The notes below the pieces were generated by a model, which was not told the origin of the DNA, did not search any database, and was given only the letters and a program-made list of their open reading frames with translations. Below are positions 54,453 to 64,000 of a stretch of DNA of 64,000 nt, one piece after another (the stretch's first letter is position 1; the number at the start of each line of letters is the position of its first letter). Origin of the DNA: Octopus sinensis (Eukaryota). Position numbers and translations under genes: made by a program. The DNA lies in the NCBI RefSeq assembly GCF_006345805.1, contig NC_043011.1, positions 56,618,464 to 56,682,463 of the forward strand, written 5' to 3'.

Positions 54453-54587
54453 CTTCTGCTTTTTAAGAATATCAATTAATTTCATTTGTTTCCGAAAGCC
54501 AGTCATCAATTCATTTTTTTGCTTCTCGAGCATCCGATTCTCAGCTAGAAGTTGCTCAATCCGTTTTTTGTCATTACTGCTGTGATC
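54453..54587 (-). CDS. TEX9: TEX9-like exon DHSSNDKKRIEQLLAENRMLEKQKNELMTGFRKQMKLIDILKKQK
   Basis: Matches TEX9 [26 protein letters not shown]; aatAG acceptor, AAG|GTAGGT donor, 135 nt. Confidence 0.92.
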
Positions 54588-55518
54588 CTATTGTTCCAAA
54601 ATAAAACTGAGTGTCAGGAACAAAATGACGTGACATTAATTCACAAAATTGGGGAGGAGAAGACGGGGCAGATGGAAAGATCTTGTATTTTAGAACCGAC
54701 CATGCAAGTCTATTTGTTTTGCTGCAGTCTTCCATACATATTCAATTTTGAAAAATTAATTTACAAAATCATCATCATCATCATCATAACAACCACCACC
54801 ATCAGCATCTTCCTCTTCTTCTCTGCAGTCCTTTCATCACAATCATCATCATCACTAATTTTATTCAGCTGAATACACATCATTAATTGGTTGAAATTAC
54901 TTTAAAATGAAATAACTTTGTAAATATAAACTTTTCGCAAAAACGCTAAGAGTAAAAGATGTTTTATATGACACATTCTACTAGTATACGAAGTTTGAAA
55001 GTGTTTAGTTACAAAAAATTATTTTTCTAAATCTACCGGTCAAAAGGTAAAGATCCGTTTTTCTCAGTTGATTATTACATCTTTCACAGCAATGATAAGC
55101 ATATAGTTGAAAGATACACACACATACACACATTATCATCGTAATTGTTTTAACATCCATCTTTCCATGATGATTGCATGGGTCAGACAGAATTTGTTGA
55201 GGCAGATCTTCTATGTCTGGACGTCCTCTTTAGTGCCAACCCTCACTTGTTTCCAAGTAAGGCAATATTTTCCCCTATGGCCAGACATGCTTTCATAGAA
55301 GGTTGAAAAGAAATACCACCATTTGTATGGGGGGTGGGGGTGACACTAGTTTACAACAACAACATGATATCAGGACATGGTGGCACTAACACACACAGTG
55401 GTTATGGGGATGCTTATACAAGAATAAATAGGCACCAAGTTAGTGCTCAAACAGTTCAAATCCTTAGAATCTAACCTGCTTTTATTGTTGGAAATTATTC
55501 CTTCTTTTGCACTTTACC

Positions 55519-55621
55519 CTTCTGAAGATGCATGGGGGTAATGTTGTCTTATGATGTTTTTATCTAAAAGCATGTGTAATGATATTCACTATTCACTGGG
55601 TACAGTGAAACAGCTGTAAAG
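55519..55621 (+). ncRNA. Hammerhead-like motif with eroded stem II
   Basis: CTT-CTGAAGA...GAAA-CAGCTG-TA-AAG; palindromic stem III ACAGCTGT, triplet GTA. Confidence 0.55.
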
Positions 55622-56181
55622 ATCTGATTATTCATGTAATATTAGGTAATAACTTATGTAAATATATTCCATACACCTATGATTGTTTACCCCTTCATAT
55701 ACATGCAAATGCACACAATGGGCTTTGTTCATAACCAGAATATAATAAAAGACACTTGACCAAGGTGCCACACAGTGGGACTGAACCCAAAACCATGTGG
55801 TTGGGAAGTAAACCTCTTAACCACACAGCCATACGTTGATATGTAGCTGTTTTCTATCTGTGTGTGTGTATGTACATGTATGCAAGTGTGTGTGTGTGTG
55901 TGTGTGCATGCATGTATGATATGAAGTGCTTCTGCACAGTTTCCCTCTCCCAAATTCCACTCTCAGCTCATTGTTCATTTCAAGGCTATGATAGAAAACA
56001 CTTATCCAAGATGCCACAAAATGGAAGGAAGTGAGAATCGTCCAGTTCTGGAGTAAATCCTTTGACCATGAGGCCATACCTGCATCCTTAATTGAGATGA
56101 AATAATTCTCGTGCTTCCTACAATTCAATGAGCTGAGAGACTCCCCCAAGTGGAATTGGTTGGTGTGTTGAAAAGATTTAC

Positions 56182-56316
56182 CTTAGCATCAGTTTTGGTC
56201 TTTTGAACTTGTTCTTTATATTTTTCCATTTCCTCAAGTGCTCGGTTCAAACGCACATCTGTGGCTTTATGTAAAGTACCTTCCTTTTTAAAATTTCGTT
56301 TTAAATGTTCCAACTC
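56182..56316 (-). CDS. TEX9: TEX9-like exon ELEHLKRNFKKEGTLHKATDVRLNRALEEMEKYKEQVQKTKTDAK
   Basis: VRLNRALEExEKYK is the TEX9 signature; aacAG acceptor, AAG|GTAAAT donor, 135 nt. Confidence 0.9.
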
Positions 56317-56504
56317 CTGTTCATGCCCAACCAAGGGCAAAAAAAAAATTTAGGAAAATATTATAATGTTTTTACTTCAGGAAATAAGACTTAATTTGCA
56401 TAATTAACAGTTAGTGTGTTTAACAAGACATTTAAGCTATGAACTAAAAATGATAATTTGTTTATGTATCTGGTTTGTAAGATTCTTTATGTGTATTGAA
56501 ACAA

Positions 56505-57543
56505 ATTTTGTGTCTAGGGAAAGTCATTATGCCAATATTATCAACACACACACTGGTTCAATTCCACTCCTCTATCTAACTAATTGATTTGGTTAAACAG
56601 TAAATCATTTTCTGTTGTGTCTGGGGAGAGTCATTTTCTTTTTGTGCCTTATTATTTAACACACTCACCAGGAAAATTTCCACTTTTTTTTCATATTTTT
56701 ATTTTCCTAAAATTTTCATTGCATCTTGCAACCTTTTCAATAGTTTTCACTCTTTGAGAGTCAAAACTATTTTAGGAAAATAAAACTATTAGGAAAATAA
56801 AACTATTTTAGGAAAATAAAAATAAGAAAAAAAAGTGGAAATTTTACCAGTGAGTGTGTTATATTATAAGGCACAAAAAGAAAATGACTCTCCCCAGACA
56901 CAACAGAATATGCTTCAACACACGAACTCACATAAAGAATCTTGCAAACCAAATCCCAAAACGAAGTAAATCATTTGTCTTGTTTTTGTTTGTCAAAGTT
57001 CCTTCATTACTACTTGCAACCCTTCCAATAACAATTGTCTTAGTCCATTACTGAGGTCATGTTTGTCTGCTTGAGATTTTGCTGTGTGTATGTGCATGCC
57101 AGTGTGCGTGTGTGCTTGTATATGTATGTGCACATACACACATTGGCACTTACTAAACAAACACTGCCTCCATAACAGACCAAGACAGAAGTCATGGAAA
57201 AGGTTGCAAGTAGTAATGAAAGAACTTTGACAAACGAAAATAAGACAAATAACTTAATCAGCACCATCATCATCGTTTAACGTCTGTTTTCCGTGCTAGC
57301 ATGGGTTGGACAGTTCGACCGGGGTCTGGGAAGCCAGGAGGCTGCACCAGGCTCCAGTCTGATCTGGCAGTGTTTCTACAGCTGGATGCCCTTCTTAACA
57401 CCAACCACTCCGTGAGTGTAGTAACGTTTAACCAAATCAATTAGCTAGTTGGATATTTAACCTATTGACTAATAATAAAGGAGTGCAATTGAACCAGTGC
57501 ATGTGTTAATAATATTAGCATAATGACTCTCCCTAGACACAAT
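56505..57543. mobile_element. Nested inverted-repeat elements (probably Penelope-like pLTR derivatives); related fragments at 12455-12585 and 39450-39518
   Basis: Outer IR 56505-56598/57425-57543 and 56970-57050/57170-57255; inner IR 56611-56712/56806-56908; TSD AGTAAATCATTT. Confidence 0.7.
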
Positions 57544-58499
57544 AGAAATGATAAACAATATGACAACATGGTCACCAGGTCCAAACTTGCAACAAAAGCC
57601 AGACACTTCTCTGTCTGACAAAATAACAATTTCTCTTTCTACTTCAACAATGAACGATTTAGTGAAACCTGCTGAAAATAAAAGACTTTGTTGTTTATTT
57701 CAAAAGTATTTAAATTTACAAAGTAACATCAAACTTTCTGGCATGGAAAAGGGACAAAAGGGACATAAACAGCATGCAAAGAAAAATATTAACTAAGGTG
57801 CAAATGTGAGAATATGATTAAGAAGCTTTCTTTCCAATTAGGTGATCCAGGTTCAATCCTAGTGTGTGACACCCTGAGCAAGTGTCATCTTCTACAATAG
57901 CCTTCAGTTGACCAAAGCCTTTGTGATGGATTTGGTAGATGGAAACTGTGTGGAAGTCTGTCATATGTGTGTGTGTGTGTGTGTGTGTGCGTGTATTTGT
58001 CCCACTGCTTGACAACTGGTGTTGTTTTATTTACATCCACATAACCTAGTGATTCACCAAAAGAGACCAATATAATTTGTAACCTTTCTTTTCAAATAAT
58101 TACAATTGCTGGACATAACACAACGTTCGTTAATAGTTGCATAATGAACATGTTTTGAATTGTATCTCGAGTCATTAACCGTTTCTATAATTAAGATCCA
58201 GGCAAAGCAGATAATCATTAAATTGTTTCCTTATTAATCAGGAGCCCTTAAGCAGACAGAATTAAATACCAATGCATAGAGTTTAACACTTACAATGCGT
58301 TCCTAAGAATTATTGGTACTCTATCCCTTTTAGAGACACAATGGCTACGAATCCAGGGAGTGGTTGTTGTTTAGCCTTCATTGAGCAGACAGACTTATGA
58401 ACAAAGGCATTCCAACCATGACTGTCCATCTTTTTTTAGGAATACACAGGATTAGAGTCCACAACAGAATCCAGTCTTTGTTACAGCTTATATGCCTCA

Positions 58500-58897
58500 G
58501 TGTGACCCTGAGAGCTCTGTGCCAGTGAAGTGCAAGCTCTTGGTAGGGCCTCCCATGCAGGACAGATCAAAGGATATGGGCCACACTATCATGGGCTACC
58601 TCTTCCCATAATTAAAAATGGGTTTGCATAGGGCCAGTTCACCTACTTACAAAAGCGTTGATGACAATTGAAAAGCAACAAGACCTGGGAAAGAAAGGTC
58701 TTCCCTCAGGGAAACATGAACCCACAAGGGAGGCAGAAGAGATGATGCCCTAAAAATAGATGGAGAGGGGATACAGAGGCAGAGCTGAAAAAGCAGGGAA
58801 CCAACCGGAGAGACACAGAGAAGACATCCCAGAGTCAAGAACAGTGGAGAAGTCATTGATCATTTACAATCCATCAGGAGTGTAGAACTTAAGTAAA
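58500..58897 (+). mobile_element. Internally deleted RTE-like element
   Basis: T*NPQGRQKR..P-like remnant of the RTE WNPQGxRxRGRP motif; ends in AAGTAA. Confidence 0.5.
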
Positions 58898-59066
58898 TTA
58901 GTACTCCACTATTAGAGGACAAAGACCACTCAAACTAGACTGATGTTATAGTTACAGACACATGTGGTGGTGATTGGACATTCCTGGAGCAGCATCATTA
59001 AATGGATCTTGGTTGTGACCATTTGAAGAAGAATCTAATGAAATAATAATCCAAATCTATGCTTAC

Positions 59067-59240
59067 TCTTTTCTGGGTAACTACTTGGGTTTCCAGTCCT
59101 TCAATTCTTTGTTTACCATCGTCAATCAGTTTCTTGTAGTTTTCCAGTTGAGTGAGTTGATTGCTGCTCATGCGCTGCAGTCGGCTACGCTCCTCGTCCA
59201 TTTGCTTCACTTGCTCCTGAAGCTTTGTCCGGTCCTCCTC
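59067..59240 (-). CDS. TEX9: TEX9-like coiled-coil exon EEDRTKLQEQVKQMDEERSRLQR...ETQVVTQKR
   Basis: ttttcAG acceptor, AGA|GTAAGC donor, 174 nt, phase 0-0. Confidence 0.88.
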
Positions 59241-59351
59241 CTGAAAATAACAATTGGAGATTAAATTACTAATTAACTTTTAGTATTATTAATTAATGTA
59301 AAGCGACAAGCTTGTTAACATGTCAGAGAAAAAGCATAGAGGTATTTCTTC

Positions 59352-59574
59352 GGCGAGCTGGCAGAAACGTTAGCACGCCGGGCGAAATGCGTAGCCGTAT
59401 TTCGTCTGCCATTACGTTCTGAGTTCAAATTCTGCCGAGGGCGACTTTGCCTGTCATCCTTTCGGGGTTGATTAAATAAGTACCAGTTACGCACTGGGGT
59501 CGATGTAATCGACTTAATCCTTTTGTCTGTCTTTGTCCTCTCTGTGTTTAGCCCCTTGTGGGTAGTAAAGAAAT
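59352..59574 (+). mobile_element. SINE family B, young copy nested in an older family-B copy
   Basis: TSD AGGTATTTCTTC at 59340-59351 and 59575-59586; flanks rejoin as a decayed SINE B (59313-59745). Confidence 0.85.
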
Positions 59575-62539
59575 AGGTATTTCTTCTGGCTTTGCATTCT
59601 GGGTTCAAATCCTGTCTAGATTGACTCTGCCCGTCATCCTTTTGGGGGTCAATAAAATAAGTACCAGTTGAATACTGGGGTTGGTGTAATTAACCACCCT
59701 TCTCCCACTAAAATTGCTGGCCTTGCACCAAACTATGAAACAATAATTACTAAGTAATCTTTAATTAATAGATACCTCCACCTCCCCACTTCGATGGGGA
59801 GCACTTTACTTCGACATTCTCCATTTTATCTTTGTTATCTTCCATCTTTCATCTTTTACTTGTTTCAGCTATTGGGCTGCGGTCATGCCGGAGCACTATC
59901 TTGAAGGCTTTAGTCAAACCAACTAACCCTTTCTGTTTTTTAAGTCTAGTACTTACTATATTAGTTTCTTTTGCTGAGCTGCTAACTTATGGGGACATAA
60001 ACAAACCAACACCAGTTGTCAAGCAGTGGTGGGGGAATAAATACAACATAACCACAAAGACACACACACACACACACACACAACAAGCTTCTTCTAGTGT
60101 CCATTTCTTTTTCTTTAAATCTTAGAATTACATTGGTATAGTTATAATTCTATAATATATGGATTAGGATTAGACTAATTCCCTCACTGGCTGATGGAAA
60201 CCTACTACAGGTGACCATGAAACTCAGCACCACCTGCTCATGGTCAAGTGGTCAGCCACACAATTGGGCTCTGTACCAGGGTGGCCCAAGTGAAGAGAGA
60301 TTGTGGGCAGCAAGATTAAAAACAACAAAACCTGTCAAAAGCAAAGGAACTCTTTGAGAGTTAATGGCACCAATATCCTGAGGGGTGGGGATGGGCAGGC
60401 ACCATTTGGATTACCAAGGTTCATGAAACACTTTAATGGAAGTTGCACTCATATTTAATTCTGTATCAGACTGGTTGGAACTTGGAATGACGCTCAAAAG
60501 CAAAAAGTGTGGAAAAGCAGTTTGGAAAAGTGTCCTGAGCCCCAGGACCCATAACACTGAAGCTTAACCCAGTTTCCAGGTGTCTGAGTAACACTCCCCC
60601 CACTGAATGGGACGTATGTTCTTTTCAGGGTTAACTTCCCAGTTATTGTTGGAGCACATTTACGGCTGAGTGGACTAGGGTAACATGAAATGAAGGATTT
60701 TGCTCAAGAACACAAACACACCACCCAGTTTGGGAAATGAAACTACGATCTTACAATCATGAACACCCTAACCACAAGGCCATCCACCTTCACATGGAAT
60801 GGTTTGGTGAAAAAATAATCCAGGTGCCCTGATGGCAGAAATGTTCAGGGATAAACTTGTCTTGTATTATGATCCCTTTCATAAATAACCTTTGACCTTT
60901 CTATATCACTGTCATTATAAAGTTCTCTTAAAAAGAAACACATGATATCTAACATCCCTCTCTAAACGCTCCGCCATTTACTGTAAGGCTGAGCTTCAGA
61001 AGTATCTTGGAAATAATACATATGTTTATTATACATATATTTATTTCTAGAATTCTGTTCATCTTTCAGTTTCTCCTCTTCTATTTTGAATCAACAAAGA
61101 AGCTGCAATGCGGCTGCAGGTTACCTTTTCAGCCAATGAGACACTCTTTTGAGCTAACAAAGAGGTGCCTCTATGCAGTCACTCACCTTGCTAGAAATAG
61201 TAGAGAAATATCTCTTGAAATACACCCATGTGTCTTTTAATCCATTTTGATACCAACCCACCTGAGATTGTCCCTGCTTCTAGCATACAATGTTTCCTTT
61301 TTTAAAGTTATCTCAATTGAAATCTTCCATTGTAATTCCATGATAATTTATGTCGTAAGCACCAGCGTAATAAAAAGAATGACAATTATTCACCTAAATT
61401 CTTTATTATTTTCAAATTTAATTGAAATCTTTCTCAAATTAGACCTAATTTTTTCAAAAAAGAACATACTGGAACACTAAAAATGGTAGCCAAATCTTCC
61501 TCAAATAGCACTCCATCATCTGAAAACTGGAGAAATGTTGGACAATGTTTGTCTTAAACAAAAGACAGAATGGTTGGCAATGAGAAGAATATTGTTGATT
61601 GAGATCTGTTTGGCACCCAACAACTTCATTTCTTTTACAATAATTTCTATAGAAAATTCCTCTCTCTTCCAGTTTCATTGAATAGTAATTCCTGAAGCAA
61701 AACTCAGAAAAGTGGTTGAGAACTCAAATGTTGTTCTTTAATGAATAAGAGACAATTGGTTGCCTAGTTGTTTAACCCCAGGTCAACACTGAGCCACTAG
61801 ACCTATGATCAAAAGTGTTCCAACTATGACCATGCAGTTGTCTTTTTTTGGAGTTAATGGTGTACCTGAGATTGCATTCAGCAAGGTTTCCCCTAACCCT
61901 TTCTTTTTCAGACACAAATACATGATTTGAGAGAGATTTAACTGCTATTTTTATTATATCAAGTGACTGCATAGAGACTCCTTCATTATCTTAAAAGTAG
62001 TTTCCAAATGAACTTCTTAGTTTGTATCCCATTATTCAGACATATTTCACTCCATGACTTTGATTAACTCTACAAAATCCAATTTCCAAATTCCATCTGT
62101 AGAGTTGACAGCCTCTCAAACTCAGATCTCTCCACTAAACTTCAGACTACTTCTCTCTCAATAACTTGATCTGAAAATGTTAGTTTGATCACAGACAACC
62201 GAAGGAGAATATTAACTGTATCAACCTAAGCATCCGTTTCACTCCTCTATATCAAGCAATTCTCGACAAGTTTTCAACAAATAACAACCATTTTGGTTTG
62301 GTAAAATCTTAGTTTTTAATTTTAACCATATCATTCAAGGAAATCTAAGTTTTTCTTTTGAGACGTATAAGAAATTACAATGTGTTAAAAAAAAAAAACA
62401 GAAATAAGAATGAAAAGATATGATAATATTCTTCGTACATGTTTCTTTTCAAGAATTCTATCTGCAGGAATATGTTTAATATTCTGATTTTATGGGATTA
62501 AACAGTTTTGTAAAAGACTATAATTACATGTGCACTCAC

Positions 62540-62622
62540 CTTTTTCTCACATTGCTGTGATAGATTTTCTAATTCTTCCTGCATCACTCTTAACTTTGCT
62601 TTTAGAAAACGAATTATGGCTT
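62540..62622 (-). CDS. TEX9: TEX9-like exon (E)AIIRFLKAKLRVMQEELENLSQQCEKK; upstream exons lie beyond the window
   Basis: ctttcAG acceptor, AAG|GTGAGT donor; matches TEX9 EAQIRFLKAKLHVMQEELD motif. Confidence 0.88.
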
Positions 62623-64000
62623 CTGAAAGAGATGCAACCAAATCATTTACAGTAAGCTGTCAATTGTTAACGCCAAAACTAAATGTACATTTTGTTACAT
62701 CAGAGAATGCCTGTATTATGGAAACACAAGAGAATAATTGTGTCACAATAAGTCTGTAGTTGCTTTTTATTTATTCAGGTGAATTACAGCTCACTGGCTT
62801 TTCACTCTCTGTTTCCTGTGTAGCTGCAAGCTGTACTGACAACATAATGGGCTTACCACCGCCTAGCTTACTTATAACACTCACTTTGACTACCTATCGA
62901 TCTGTCTGTCTGCCTGCCTGCCTGTTTGTCTATCTCTGCTTATCTGTCTATTTGTCTGTCTGTCTATCTGTCTATCTGTCTCTGTCTCTCTATCTCTCTC
63001 TCTCTCATACACATCTTCTCTCAGCAATTCTAAATATCTTTGCAAATATTAATTACTTCTGCCAACCACTATGTGCACATCAGGTGGGCACAGAACTGTC
63101 CCCCACCACACACACACACACACACACCTGATTCTAATGATACAAAATTCCCATTTAAAATAACCTAAATTCTAACCGTCCATGAATGACAAAGTTCTTT
63201 CACTAAATTCTTTAATATTTTCAAAATGATTTGCAATGAAGACAAAGTATTTCAATGGAATTATGGTAATAAAAAGGATTTGGAGAACATTTGATAATAA
63301 TTTGATGAAACCAAGTTAAAAAGAACATTTAAAAAAAATTTTTCAAATTTTGGAATTCTGATCTTTAATTTCTTTATTTGTTCCAAAAGCACAGAATGGG
63401 TTATAGTTTGATAAATTCAAATGCAAGAACAGTGATTGATACCCCATTGGAATTGTATTCATGGTGCCAGCATAATAAAAAATTTTCTAGTTTTTGGAGT
63501 CTAGAACCTAATTTCCATAGACAGGAATTTTGAGTGAAAACTCCATGAAGGGTGATATAGCTTGATAAATTCAAATATGAAAATAATGGTTGATACTTTG
63601 ATGGAATCATATTCATGCCAACTTAAAAGAGAAAAATATTCTAAAAACATATTGAAGACACAGGCGTGGGTGAGTGGTTAAGAAGCTTGTTTCACAACCA
63701 GGTGGTCTCGCGTTCAATTCCATTGCATGGTACCTTGGGCAAGAGTCTTTTACTATTGCCTCAGGCTGAACAAAGCTTTGTGAGTAGATTTGGTAGATGG
63801 AAACTGAAAGGATCCCATTTCATATAATGCCTGTATGTTTGTGTATAGCCCTGTCTTGGCATCGTGTAATGGTTGTGTGCCATGAAAAAATATTTTCTTG
63901 CTTAAAAACAGTTGAAGGTTGGTGACAAGAAGGGTATCTGGCTGTAGAAAATCTGCATTAACAAAGTTCATCTGACCCCATTCAAGCATGGAAGAATGGA

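Overview
AT-rich, microsatellite- and SINE-laden animal genomic DNA. The repeat repertoire resembles an octopod cephalopod, which is an inference from the repeat families. Two spliced host genes converge across a ~35 kb repeat-filled gap: the last four coding exons of a SPEF2 (sperm flagellar 2/KPL2) orthologue on + (1208-17164), and the last five coding exons of a TEX9 orthologue on - (62622-51961). Almost all six-frame ORFs supplied are microsatellite or SINE noise. The repeats include two tRNA-derived SINE families, RTE and CR1/L2-type LINE 3' ends, a DD37D (maT) transposon, a mariner N-terminal remnant, a Ty3/Gypsy integrase relic, two short Helitrons and several MITE/foldback structures. 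The most notable signals are five type I hammerhead-ribozyme-like loci of the Penelope/retrozyme kind, one of them duplicated inside a ~445 bp near-perfect palindrome. There are also two cases of an element inserted, with 12-bp TSDs, into an older relative of itself. Exon coordinates were checked against splice sites and frame; repeat boundaries are approximate.
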